This document shows positions 25,384 through 34,659 of a DNA stretch of 48,000 nt, in pieces. Below the pieces are notes generated by a model. It did no database searches. It was given only the letters and a program-made list of their open reading frames with translations, and had not been told where the DNA came from. The DNA lies in the IMG/VR virus record IMGVR_UViG_3300033555_000009, positions 1 through 48,000 of that record. One strand, 5' to 3'. This DNA is from a virus (lineage: Duplodnaviria; Caudoviricetes). The position numbers and the translations under genes are program-made. Numbering within the stretch: position 1 is the stretch's first letter; every line of letters begins with the position of its first letter.

Positions 25384-25638
25384 ATGCTACGAGATTTATC
25401 GAAAGAAACAGAGGGCGCAGTAGAGATACTGGTAGCCTTGCTTAAAAGTGCTGATGAGCGAGTACGCTTACAAGCAGCTAATAAGCTTCTTGATCTTAGG
25501 AAAGAATGTGAAGTAATTATTAACACAGACGACATTCAGAGGATGTTGCTTGAAAGTAAGAACCCCGATAGGGTAAGAGGTTTGGTTGAGGATGATGATA
25601 GTCCTGATATAGATTTCACACAAATCCAGAACGTTTAA
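25384..25638 (+). CDS. putative terminase small subunit (may start at 25312)
   Basis: helical AVEILVALLKS.DERVRLQAANKLLDL; first late gene upstream of TerL. Confidence 0.5.
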   Translation: MLRDLSKETEGAVEILVALLKSADERVRLQAANKLLDLRKECEVIINTDDIQRMLLESKNPDRVRGLVEDDDSPDIDFTQIQNV

Positions 25639-25645
25639 AGATTTT

Positions 25646-25721
25646 GCCGCCTTAGCTCAGTTGGCAGAGCGCCAGATTTGTAATCTGGATGTCAGGGATT
25701 CGACTTCTCTAGGCGGCACCA
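25646..25721 (+). tRNA. trnT: tRNA-Thr (anticodon UGU)
   Basis: GCCGCCT/AGGCGGC acceptor stem, TAGCTCAGTTGGCAGAGC D-arm, CCAGA-TTTGTAA-TCTGG anticodon arm, TTCGA T-loop, encoded CCA. Confidence 0.95.
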
Positions 25722-25908
25722 GAGTTCGGGCCAGCTAAGACTGGATAACCAAATTATTGCAACCAGTGTGCGATATCCCGGAAGTAACTATGCTTGATTA
25801 GGCAATAAAACTGTGTGTTTTCACAGCCTCGCAAGAGTGAGTAATCTCTAGCTGAAGAACTCAGCAAGAACAACTGCCACAAGGCCCATCTAATTATAAG
25901 GAGCCTTC

Positions 25909-27342
25909 ATGGCTGACAATTCAACACTCCCCGCCACTGGGCAGATTATCTCCACCGACGAACTCACTACGCTTAACGGTGGCGCTATTGTCACAGGTGA
26001 AAAAGTTCAACGAATGAAAGTTGGCTTTGGTAGCGATGGTGTGTTACGGGATGTGGATGCTGCTAATGGCTTGCCTGTGTTGGCAGGTATTAACCAAATT
26101 ACCCCCGGTGTGAGTAACGGTGTGCAGATTACAGCACTAACTTACCCTTCGAGCACTGTCAACAACAGTTCTGTGCAGCTTGCTGCTGGTGCGACATTCA
26201 CAGGTGGTATTGAAACTGTACTCTCGCTTCAAGCTGCACAAGTGATGATTAAGTGCGACCAGCCATACAACGTCTTCATTGACCAGTTTATTGATTTGGC
26301 GGGTACACAGTTAGTGGCTACGTACACGTTCACAAGGTTGGCTGGTGTCCCACTGAATGAGAATGTCACCTTGCCCGGTAACTACATGCGTGTGCGTGTG
26401 ACTAATACGGGCGCAGCAGCAACCACTACATTTGTCTTAGAGACTACCTTCGGTATCATGGATACGCAGCCGAATACGTTGTCTAATTTCGGTAACTTGC
26501 GTGTTGTCGCACAAGAAAACGGAGTAGTTTCCACAGTAAATAGTACAACAGTTAATCTGGCAGCTAACGCCGTATTCACAGGAGCATCTGAGGATGTGTC
26601 TGAATTCTCAATGATTATGGTGGGGTTGTTCTCTAGCCATGCCAGTGCCACAGACGGCTTCTCACTACAACAGTCTAGTGACGGAGTGAATTGGGACTTC
26701 ACAGATGTGTTCACGGTTCCTGCTGCAACTGGTAAATCATTTAGTTTTGCAGTGCAGCAGAAGTTTCTCCGGATAGTTTACACTAACGGACCAACACTCA
26801 CAACTGCTCTGCGTATTCAGACATTGTATAGTAGGGCGGTTAAAAAGCCTAGCTCTGTTCGCCCCCAAGATGGGCGCGCAAATGACAACGACTTTGAAGA
26901 ATCTTTGTCGTATCAGATGTTGTGGAACGGCACTACTTGGGACCGTCAGAGGGGTGACGCCACAAACGGTATGAGGGTGAATACACCCCCTTCTGTAACA
27001 TTTACTGCTACTGCCGCCGCCGCCACTGCTGTAACAGCGACACTACCTTTGCCGGGTGTCGGGCTTTTTCACTATATAACAGGTATTGAGATTATGCGAA
27101 CCGCCACCGCAGCTTTAACTGGTACGGCTGCATTGGTGGTGACGACAACCAACATACCGGGCGGCTTGGCTTGGACGGTAGGCAACGCAATGGTAGTTGG
27201 TGCCACTCAGCGTGACGAGTCAATCACGTTCGATAACCCTATCAAGTCCACAACCGCCAACACAGCTACGACCGTTGCAGCACCGGCACCGGGTGCAGGA
27301 GTAATCTGGCGTATTAACGTATATTACTACACTGGGCCTTAA
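25909..27342 (+). CDS. virion fibre/tip-like beta-sandwich protein
   Basis: Thr/Ala/Val-rich; internal duplication (NNSSVQLAAGATFTG / VNSTTVNLAANAVFTG); WNGTTWDRQRG. Confidence 0.6.
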   Translation: MADNSTLPATGQIISTDELTTLNGGAIVTGEKVQRMKVGFGSDGVLRDVDAANGLPVLAGINQITPGVSNGVQITALTYPSSTVNNSSVQLAAGATFTGGIETVLSLQAAQVMIKCDQPYNVFIDQFIDLAGTQLVATYTFTRLAGVPLNENVTLPGNYMRVRVTNTGAAATTTFVLETTFGIMDTQPNTLSNFGNLRVVAQENGVVSTVNSTTVNLAANAVFTGASEDVSEFSMIMVGLFSSHASATDGFSLQQSSDGVNWDFTDVFTVPAATGKSFSFAVQQKFLRIVYTNGPTLTTALRIQTLYSRAVKKPSSVRPQDGRANDNDFEESLSYQMLWNGTTWDRQRGDATNGMRVNTPPSVTFTATAAAATAVTATLPLPGVGLFHYITGIEIMRTATAALTGTAALVVTTTNIPGGLAWTVGNAMVVGATQRDESITFDNPIKSTTANTATTVAAPAPGAGVIWRINVYYYTGP

Positions 27343-27367
27343 AGTATTATAGCAGAAATGCTAAAAG

Positions 27368-27630
27368 AATCTGAAGGTCGCTACCTGAAGATGAAAGTCC
27401 TGCTTGCACAGGCCGCAGACGGTCGCACCGTCAACTCTTGCTCGTATCGTGGCGGTGTCGGATTTCAGGAGAGTTGTACAAGGGCGACATAGGGGCGTCA
27501 AGACACGGCACCTAATTTAAGATTAGCCTGAGAAGGTTATAGTGGTGAGGGGCGCAAGAATGTGTGCTCATGTTATGTAGGCATAGGTAGAGTGGCCGCA
27601 TAGCACAGTCAATGGCTTAGCTATCAGAAA
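27368..27630 (+). ncRNA. structured RNA with RNase P RNA-like landmarks
   Basis: GTCGCT..AGATGAAAGTCCTGCTTGCAC, GCAAGAA, TAGGTAGAGTGGCC and ACAGTCAATGGCTTA in RNase P order; P2 and P5 pair, P4 imperfect. Confidence 0.45.
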
Positions 27631-27650
27631 TGGTAGCTAGGTTTTTGTTG
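27618..27650 (+). terminator. intrinsic terminator-like hairpin before TerL
   Basis: TAGCTATCA GAAA TGGTAGCTA, then GGTTTTTGTT. Confidence 0.6.
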
Positions 27651-27668
27651 TTTATAGAAAGTAAAACA

Positions 27669-29189
27669 ATGGTTAAAAAAGACAAGAAGACGTACGGCCC
27701 GTGCTCAATAAAGCAGCAGATCATTCTGCAAGATAACACAACAGATGTTATTCTTATGGGCGGCGGCGCTGGCGGCGGCAAGTCCCGCATCTGTCTGACA
27801 AAGAATTTGGATGGCATACGCGATAAGGAATTTCGCTGTGTTATCCTCCGTCGCTATGAGCCTGAACTTAAAAAGGGTGGTGCTCTCATTGACGAGAGTA
27901 AGAAGATTTACACAGATTTTACCAAGATTCCGTACAAGACGCAAGCTAAAGTTTGGCAATTCCCTAGTGGCGCTGAAATCTCCTTTGGTGCTATCTCGTC
28001 GGATGAAGATTTAGGATCGTGGCAAGGTAGCCAGTTTACCCGTATTATGGTGGACGAAGCTGGCGACAAGTGGACTGAGAAGCAAGTGCTATTCTTGCAG
28101 TCTCGTATGCGTACCGCAGATTCTAAGATTCACCCTCAACTTATCCTTACCTGCAATCCTGATGTCAACTCTTTTCTAAAAAATTGGGTTGATTTTTGCC
28201 TTGACCCTGACACTGGAGTACCTGTCGAGGGCACAGAGAACAGAGTAAGGTGGTTTTGTGTAGAGGATAACAAAGCTAAGTGGGCAGATAGCCCTGAAGA
28301 GTGTTACGAGTTGTATGGGAAAGAAAAAGGTCTTATCTACGCACATAAGATGCCTAGGGAAGAGATGAATAAACTCACGGAGGCTGAAAAGAAAACGCTA
28401 TTCATGCCAAAGAGCTTCAGGTTTGTTCCTACCAATGTGTTTGACAACCCTTATCTGATGCCTCCGAATAATAACTCTTATTTGGCAAGCCTGTTAGCAC
28501 AACCTTACGTGAACCAGCTTAAATTTCTCCACGGTAGCTGGACGGCTCGTGAGCAAGGGAGCATGTTCTTTAATCGGGAATGGACTCCGATAGTTGACTT
28601 TGTACCTCCGAATGTGACTGGAAGGGTAAGGGCTTGGGACTTTGCTTCGGAGGCAGAAACTAAGACTAATAACCCAGACTACACGGTTGGGGTAAAGATG
28701 AGCCGGGATAGGTTTGGCACATACTACGTAGAAGATGTTGTGCGCTTTAGAGACACTACTGACAAGGTTCTAAAAACAGTTGTCTCTACGGCATTATCAG
28801 ATGGTGTGGAAGATTGTAAAGTTTGCATCCCATTGGACCCTGCTGCTGCTGGAAAAAGTGCTGCTTATTTCTACAGAACCACGCTTGCTGAAAATGGCGT
28901 CCCTTGCAGAATGGCCCCCACCACAGCAGGTAAAGGTAAGCATATTCGTTACATGCCTTTCTGCTCCATTGCAGAAGCGGGCGCTGTACGGGTTGTTCGG
29001 GGCGACTGGAATGAAGCCTTCTTTAATGAGCTTGAAGCATTCTCGGCAGATTTAAAAATTCAAAAATCAAACAAGGATGATATGGTGGATGCTGTTTCTG
29101 ACGCTTTTACAATGTTGGCACGACAAACTATTATGCCAGATGTAGTGCTCCATAGTAGCACGCAAGCATCCCCTGTACCAACTATTTAA
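27669..29189 (+). CDS. terL: terminase large subunit
   Basis: Walker A GGGAGGGKS, Walker B IMVDEA, LTCNP, nuclease RAWD...DY...DDMVDA. Confidence 0.95.
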   Translation: MVKKDKKTYGPCSIKQQIILQDNTTDVILMGGGAGGGKSRICLTKNLDGIRDKEFRCVILRRYEPELKKGGALIDESKKIYTDFTKIPYKTQAKVWQFPSGAEISFGAISSDEDLGSWQGSQFTRIMVDEAGDKWTEKQVLFLQSRMRTADSKIHPQLILTCNPDVNSFLKNWVDFCLDPDTGVPVEGTENRVRWFCVEDNKAKWADSPEECYELYGKEKGLIYAHKMPREEMNKLTEAEKKTLFMPKSFRFVPTNVFDNPYLMPPNNNSYLASLLAQPYVNQLKFLHGSWTAREQGSMFFNREWTPIVDFVPPNVTGRVRAWDFASEAETKTNNPDYTVGVKMSRDRFGTYYVEDVVRFRDTTDKVLKTVVSTALSDGVEDCKVCIPLDPAAAGKSAAYFYRTTLAENGVPCRMAPTTAGKGKHIRYMPFCSIAEAGAVRVVRGDWNEAFFNELEAFSADLKIQKSNKDDMVDAVSDAFTMLARQTIMPDVVLHSSTQASPVPTI

Positions 29190-29219
29190 GTAAAACCGCC
29201 ATTATATGTAAAATAGTCC

Positions 29220-29248
29220 TTGACTTTAAGACACTACTATGCTATAAT
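29220..29248 (+). promoter_or_regulatory. late-region promoter (head operon)
   Basis: TTGACT-N17-TATAAT with TG extension. Confidence 0.75.
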
Positions 29249-29276
29249 GGCCTTTAATCGAGGAGTAGATACGCCT

Positions 29277-30782
29277 ATGGCTGACAATAAGACGCCTACG
29301 GGCAATGACACATCTTCTGCAATTGCCGCTGATCCGGGTATTAGCTTGCCGCGCATTAAGCTCAGCGAGACAGGAGTTTCCGCATTAAAAACTACCTCCG
29401 GTAAAATCTACGAGGAAGCTAACCAACAATTCCGCTACCCAAACATGCTTAAAGTGGTGTCTGAGATGAAATACTCTCCACCTGTCAGCATAGCGTTGGG
29501 CGCTCTGAATACTCTAATGAATCGCTCTGAGGTTACTGTCGAACCTATTACGGGTGAGACAGCTACTGATAAAGTGCGTCGTGAGTTCTTGTTGTCTGTG
29601 TTGCATGACATGGATAATTCGTGGCAAGCTACTATGCAAAGTATTTCTACTTACAAAGAGTACGGCCACCAAGTTAGTGAGATGGTTTTCCGTCGCAGGC
29701 TTAAGAAGAATGGTAGTAAACACGACGATGGCTTAGTAGGCTTGGAAGGTCTTAAAAATCGGCCCCAAAACAGTATTGCACGTTGGAATTTTAGCGAAGA
29801 CGGTAGAAAACTGGTAAGCCTATCACAAAGCCTCCGTAACATAGAGAACCCACAGCGCTTTCAAAATATCGTAGACGAGCAAGGCCATATCGAAATCCCA
29901 AGGGAAAAGTTCCTTCTGTTTCGTGCTGATCCGGTAGATGACAATCCAGAGGGAGTCAGCATACTTCGCAGCGCATATCTTGCCTATAAGCAACTAACAC
30001 TTCTCACTGACTCTATGATGGTAGGCGTGAGTAAGGATATTGCAGGTTTGCCTTTTGCGCAGTTACCGGCTGAGTTCATGTCTCCAGATGCGAGTGTGGG
30101 CCAAAAAGCTACCTACGATGTTGTAAAGAGTATTGTAGACAATATCGCCAATGGTACGCAAAGCGCAGTTATCTTACCTAAGCAAGTTGACCTCGACGGT
30201 AACGAGATGTTTAGCTTGCAGATGCTTGAAAGTAAATCTGGTAAGGCGTATGACCTGCCGTTGATTATCAAAATGCTTCAGGCCAATATTCTCAGCGTAT
30301 TGTCTTGTGATTCTCTGACAATGGGAGCAGAAGGTGGTAGTTTATCTCTGCAAGATGGTGACACAAATATGCTTGCATTGCAAGTATCTTATCGTTTGTC
30401 TGAGATAGCAAACACATTGAACACAGAGCTTGTACCGTTGCTCTGGAGGCTTAATGGTTGGGATACATCGCGCCTCCCTGCAATCAAGTTCAAAGACATC
30501 AGTTCTGTTTCTTTAGAGGAACACTCTAAGTGGCTCCAGCGAGTTGCTTCAGTTGGCCTTTTGGAAGTTGATCGTGGAGTCCTAAATAAGATTCGAGAGG
30601 TGGGAGGCTTTGACCCTAAACCTGATGATGCCCCTATTGACGAAGATAATCTTTCCACTACCCTTGCCGGTAAGGCTACATCAGCCGGTGCAGGTATGGG
30701 AGTAGGTGTAACAGGTGACGGCACTTCTAAAAAACCCGGTGGGCAAGACAAGTCTAGCCGTAACAGTGAAAATAAAGGCTGA
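29277..30782 (+). CDS. portal protein
   Basis: about 500 aa right after TerL; YG...E, IPREKFLLFR...NPEGVSILRSAY. Confidence 0.9.
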   Translation: MADNKTPTGNDTSSAIAADPGISLPRIKLSETGVSALKTTSGKIYEEANQQFRYPNMLKVVSEMKYSPPVSIALGALNTLMNRSEVTVEPITGETATDKVRREFLLSVLHDMDNSWQATMQSISTYKEYGHQVSEMVFRRRLKKNGSKHDDGLVGLEGLKNRPQNSIARWNFSEDGRKLVSLSQSLRNIENPQRFQNIVDEQGHIEIPREKFLLFRADPVDDNPEGVSILRSAYLAYKQLTLLTDSMMVGVSKDIAGLPFAQLPAEFMSPDASVGQKATYDVVKSIVDNIANGTQSAVILPKQVDLDGNEMFSLQMLESKSGKAYDLPLIIKMLQANILSVLSCDSLTMGAEGGSLSLQDGDTNMLALQVSYRLSEIANTLNTELVPLLWRLNGWDTSRLPAIKFKDISSVSLEEHSKWLQRVASVGLLEVDRGVLNKIREVGGFDPKPDDAPIDEDNLSTTLAGKATSAGAGMGVGVTGDGTSKKPGGQDKSSRNSENKG

Positions 30783-30784
30783 TA

Positions 30785-31621
30785 ATGGCACATGAACTAT
30801 TCCGACTGATGGAGACTGTGTACAACACGCCCCATCTTCTCACAGAGCAAGCTTTGCAACCTATCGTAGAGTACATTCAGAATCGAAACTCTTTTGCGCT
30901 AATCGCAGACACTAAGCCTGTTGAAAAAGTGAAGGCTGAAAAGCTGAGCACAATCGGGCAGATTAATATCGACGGCGTGGTCACTTACAAACCTGTTATG
31001 GGTATGTGCGGACCACAAGGTACTAGCTATCAAGGTATTCTGGAGCAAGCAGAAGAATTGATTGCCGAAGGTTGTGACACTATTCTTACAGTGCATAACT
31101 CACCGGGGGGTCAAGCAAGCCACTGTTTTTCGACGGCTAACGCCATACGTGAACTGTGCGACGAAAATAACGTAACGTGGATTGCCTATATTGACACAAT
31201 CTCTGCGAGTGCATCACTGGCGCTAGGTGTACCTGCCGATGAAGTCATTATCCACCCTTCCGCTGAAACAGGCTCTGTAGGGTGTATTTTAGCTTTGATG
31301 GATACTTCAAAAGCTTTAGCTAATGCTGGCTTGAAGCCTGTCTACATTGCCTCCACCCCCGGTAAGACGCCCTTTGACGACACTGGCGCATTCTCTAAAG
31401 AGTTTATCACAGAGATGCAGAGTAATGTTACACGACTAGGTAATCAATTTGCTGAGCACGTTTCCACCCACACAGGTATTGATGTCAAGGATGTATTGGC
31501 AATGAATGCCAAAATGTTCCATGCAGAGGCAGCACTAGAACACGGTTTGGTCACAGCCATTATGGACCATAAACAATTCGGCAAATATATGGCTGACAAA
31601 CAAGGAGCAAAGAATGCTTAA
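30785..31621 (+). CDS. prohead maturation protease (S49 family)
   Basis: NSPGG, SASASLALG..AD, TGSVG. Confidence 0.88.
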   Translation: MAHELFRLMETVYNTPHLLTEQALQPIVEYIQNRNSFALIADTKPVEKVKAEKLSTIGQINIDGVVTYKPVMGMCGPQGTSYQGILEQAEELIAEGCDTILTVHNSPGGQASHCFSTANAIRELCDENNVTWIAYIDTISASASLALGVPADEVIIHPSAETGSVGCILALMDTSKALANAGLKPVYIASTPGKTPFDDTGAFSKEFITEMQSNVTRLGNQFAEHVSTHTGIDVKDVLAMNAKMFHAEAALEHGLVTAIMDHKQFGKYMADKQGAKNA

Positions 31622-32123
31622 GCATCTTCAAAAGTTTTTTAACGGGGATAAAACCCTTTCAACAGAGGAAGTAGAAATGACGGAAATTGAGAAAGCAACC
31701 CTCGCGGCTGCTGAAAATAAAACAGCAGAACTGACGGTCGCACTTGAAACCGCTACAGCAGCCCTCGCTGAAAAGGCACTGTCCTTTGCAGAACTCAACG
31801 CTAAATTTGAAGCAGCCACTGCTGCCCTGAATGCGTCGGAAGATGCTCAGAAAGAATTGGCTACACAGGCAGCTACTAAGCGTCTGGAAGCTCGCACGGA
31901 AGCTATCAAAGCTGCTGTAGGTACTGACAAGGCAGAGGCTCTGTTGGCAGCTACGGACGCGATGGACGACGTAGCATTTAACACTATTGTTTCGGCAATG
32001 GCCGCATCGTTTGATGCAGAAGCAAAAACCCCACTCTTCCAAGAGGCAGGTGCTGACGTAAAACCAGTGGTTGACAACAAGCCAACTCACTTCAACCAAT
32101 TTATCAAAAACGAAGGAAAATAA
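31614..32123 (+). CDS. scaffold-like coiled-coil protein
   Basis: Ala/Glu-rich, between protease and decoration genes. Confidence 0.7.
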   Translation: MLKHLQKFFNGDKTLSTEEVEMTEIEKATLAAAENKTAELTVALETATAALAEKALSFAELNAKFEAATAALNASEDAQKELATQAATKRLEARTEAIKAAVGTDKAEALLAATDAMDDVAFNTIVSAMAASFDAEAKTPLFQEAGADVKPVVDNKPTHFNQFIKNEGK

Positions 32124-32126
32124 GAG

Positions 32127-32522
32127 ATGACTAAACTTGCAACATTGGGCGCACGCCTGTCGGCTTCACTGGCCCACGAATACGCACCAGAGTTCGGCTA
32201 TTGCCGTAAGACTGCCACTGTCACTATGGAAGCTGGTATGGATGTTGGTGCTGTTCTGCGTCTGTCCGCCGGTGTATGGGTGTGGGTAGCTGCTGCTGAT
32301 GTAGCAACCTTGCCTGCTGACGTAGCTGTCCTGATCGAAACTGTAAAAGATGTTCCATCGGCTACCGCTGGCGCGCAACAGTTCACCATTCTGTTCCGTG
32401 GACCTGCTGGCGTAGCTGATGGCGGTCTGCTGTACAAAGGTGTTGCTCTGACCGCACCGCAAAAAGCAACGGTACAAGCCGCTCTGGAAGCTAAGGGCAT
32501 CGCTGTCCGCACTTCCGTCTAA
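32127..32522 (+). CDS. head decoration protein
   Basis: 131 aa immediately before the capsid gene; RGPA...LEAKGI. Confidence 0.8.
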   Translation: MTKLATLGARLSASLAHEYAPEFGYCRKTATVTMEAGMDVGAVLRLSAGVWVWVAAADVATLPADVAVLIETVKDVPSATAGAQQFTILFRGPAGVADGGLLYKGVALTAPQKATVQAALEAKGIAVRTSV

Positions 32523-32546
32523 TAGATAAGATACACAGGAAAAATA

Positions 32547-33590
32547 ATGACTACAGTTCGTGACTACTTCAACAGTTTCAAAAACGCAGACTTCGTTGAG
32601 GGCATTACCCAAACCCCATTGCAGTACGGCTACATCAACAGCCGTAACGACTTCAATGTCAAAAGCACCAACCAAACTGCGATTATCTTTGATAAAGACT
32701 CTAGCACAACTACTCTGCTGCCACAAGTAGCCCGTGGTGCCAAGATTGCTACGCAAGGTAAAGAGCGTAATGCTGAAACCTTTACTCTGCCGCTGGCTTA
32801 CTTCAAGCACGCTGACCGTCTGACTGGCGATGATATCCAATCGTGGCGCGCACCGGGCCGCACTGAAGAGAAGTCGATTGCTATGGCTACCGCTGAGAAG
32901 CTGGAAGACATGAAGCGCGCTTGGAATCAAACCCAAGAGTACATGAAGCTGCAAGCTAAAAAGGGTATTTTCAAGACCCCCGATGGCATCGTGATGGCTA
33001 ACATGTTCACCGAATTCGGCGTAACGCAAACTTCGATTGACTTCGTTCTGGGCACCGCTGGTACTAACGTGGATCAAAAGATTCGCCTGCTGAAAAAGGC
33101 TGTATCGACCAACGTAATGAATGGTGGCGCTATCGGCGGTATCGAAGTTCTGGTTGACCCTTCGTTCTTCGACAAGCTTATCTCGCATGCAAACATGAAA
33201 GAGGCTTACAAGTATTACGTCAACAACGGCAAGCAGCTTCTGCGTGACGACCTCACTAGCTATATGAAGTGGGGCATCATGGACACGTTTGAATTCCGTG
33301 GCGTAACGTTTGTTTCGTACGATGCAACCTTCAATCTGCCAACCGGCACTACGGAAGTCGCCTTCGCTGCTGATACGGGTATTGCTACTGCAACTGGCGT
33401 AAAAGACCTGTTCCGTGGCTATGTTGGCCCATCGGCAAAAATGTCGGAAGCTAACCAGCAAGGTCAAGAACTGTTCATGCGTACTTACATGGACGAGCGT
33501 GACGAGTATGTAGATTTTGAGATGGAAGCAGCCCCGCTGTATTTCTGCACAAGACCCGCAAGTCTTGTAGCCGTAACCTCGTCTAACTAA
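32547..33590 (+). CDS. major capsid protein (lambda gpE-like, HK97 fold)
   Basis: 347 aa, strong codon bias, FEFRGVTF, C-terminal E.APL...RP. Confidence 0.92.
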   Translation: MTTVRDYFNSFKNADFVEGITQTPLQYGYINSRNDFNVKSTNQTAIIFDKDSSTTTLLPQVARGAKIATQGKERNAETFTLPLAYFKHADRLTGDDIQSWRAPGRTEEKSIAMATAEKLEDMKRAWNQTQEYMKLQAKKGIFKTPDGIVMANMFTEFGVTQTSIDFVLGTAGTNVDQKIRLLKKAVSTNVMNGGAIGGIEVLVDPSFFDKLISHANMKEAYKYYVNNGKQLLRDDLTSYMKWGIMDTFEFRGVTFVSYDATFNLPTGTTEVAFAADTGIATATGVKDLFRGYVGPSAKMSEANQQGQELFMRTYMDERDEYVDFEMEAAPLYFCTRPASLVAVTSSN

Positions 33591-33642
33591 GACGTAAAGT
33601 AAGACTCTGCCGAATAAATATCGGCCAGTCTCTTTAACCCTG

Positions 33643-33676
33643 CAACCTCCCGCCTAAGCAGGGCGGAGGTTGTTTT
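33643..33676 (+). terminator. intrinsic terminator after the capsid gene
   Basis: CAACCTCC..GCC-loop-GGCGGAGGTTG-TTTT. Confidence 0.7.
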
Positions 33677-33692
33677 ATTAAGGAGATTTAAA

Positions 33693-34220
33693 TTGAATTC
33701 AAAAGAGTGTACCAAGTGCCTTAAAGAAGTTCCATTAAGTCAGTACAAAAAACGTAAGGATACTAGTCATGGTTTCCGTAGAGAGTGCAATGCGTGCCTA
33801 GAGGCTTACAGAAAGATTAGACTTTCTGAGCCTACAAAGCGAGAAAAAGAACGTCAGCGTTTACGTGAGATGAGAGCTAACCAAACTCCAGAACAAAGGC
33901 GCACCTACAATGATAAATGCTTAGCTTATTATAGTCGCAATAAATCGGAGTTTAATCGCCGGGTTCGTCAACGACAAGCACAACTAAAACAAGCTATACC
34001 TAAGTGGGCTAACACAGAGTGGGAAAAGTTTCTAATGCAGGAAATCTACCATTTATCAAGTCTTCGGCAAGAAGTGCTTGGTGTAGAAATGCACGTAGAT
34101 CACATAGTACCGCTTACATCTGACTTAGTATGTGGACTTCATTGGTCGGGTAATATACAAATAGTCTCTGCCGAATACAACCGATCTAAAAGTAACTTAA
34201 TATGGGAGTATATGCCGTGA
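33693..34220 (+). CDS. HNH homing endonuclease
   Basis: CTKC..CNAC; HVDHIVPL....VCGLH...N......N..K.N. Confidence 0.88.
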   Translation: MNSKECTKCLKEVPLSQYKKRKDTSHGFRRECNACLEAYRKIRLSEPTKREKERQRLREMRANQTPEQRRTYNDKCLAYYSRNKSEFNRRVRQRQAQLKQAIPKWANTEWEKFLMQEIYHLSSLRQEVLGVEMHVDHIVPLTSDLVCGLHWSGNIQIVSAEYNRSKSNLIWEYMP

Positions 34221-34648
34221 TTATTGACGCCACAACAAACCTTGGAAAAATCAGACTCAGAATTGCAGACACAGGTGATTTATGTTACCTAAGTGATAGT
34301 GTAATCACATCGACTCTGGCAGACAACGGCAACAATCTCAACGCCACTGCCAAGACATGCGCAATGTATATCCTCGGAATGCTTGCACATAAAACTCACA
34401 GACGCATGGCGCAGCTAGAGGTTTGGGGCGCAGAGGCTTTCAAGGCGTATAAAGAATTCCTCCTGCTTGCATATACACGACCTGAGTTCATGGATTTCTC
34501 CCCAGTACCTTATTCGTCCACAGAAGAGTTCTCGCCAATCTTAGACTTCCAGCGCAACTGGAATAAAGGCTTCTATAACGGTACTGAGAGCCAAGCCCTT
34601 GCTGTCTCCGCAGACATCTCACCAAATAACAACACACGTACAAACTAA
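34217..34648 (+). CDS. head-tail adaptor
   Basis: ID.TT..GKIRL.IAD......LSD; position after capsid. Confidence 0.75.
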   Translation: MIIDATTNLGKIRLRIADTGDLCYLSDSVITSTLADNGNNLNATAKTCAMYILGMLAHKTHRRMAQLEVWGAEAFKAYKEFLLLAYTRPEFMDFSPVPYSSTEEFSPILDFQRNWNKGFYNGTESQALAVSADISPNNNTRTN

Positions 34649-34659
34649 GGAACTTATAA

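Noticed and set aside
25811-25826. Isolated SOS box CTGTGTGTTTTCACAG
   Set aside because: About one such 8-bp match is expected by chance in 48 kb; not at a promoter; explained as a hairpin
25722-25840. tRNA-associated HDV-like (theta) ribozyme
   Set aside because: Could not build the P1/P3/P1.1 nested double pseudoknot after the CCA
27385-27400. Hammerhead core (CTGAAGA..GAAA) or group I intron S element
   Set aside because: No stem II between the motifs; no R element and no interrupted gene
32166-33467. 433-aa minus-strand ORF
   Set aside because: Antisense shadow of the codon-biased decoration and capsid genes
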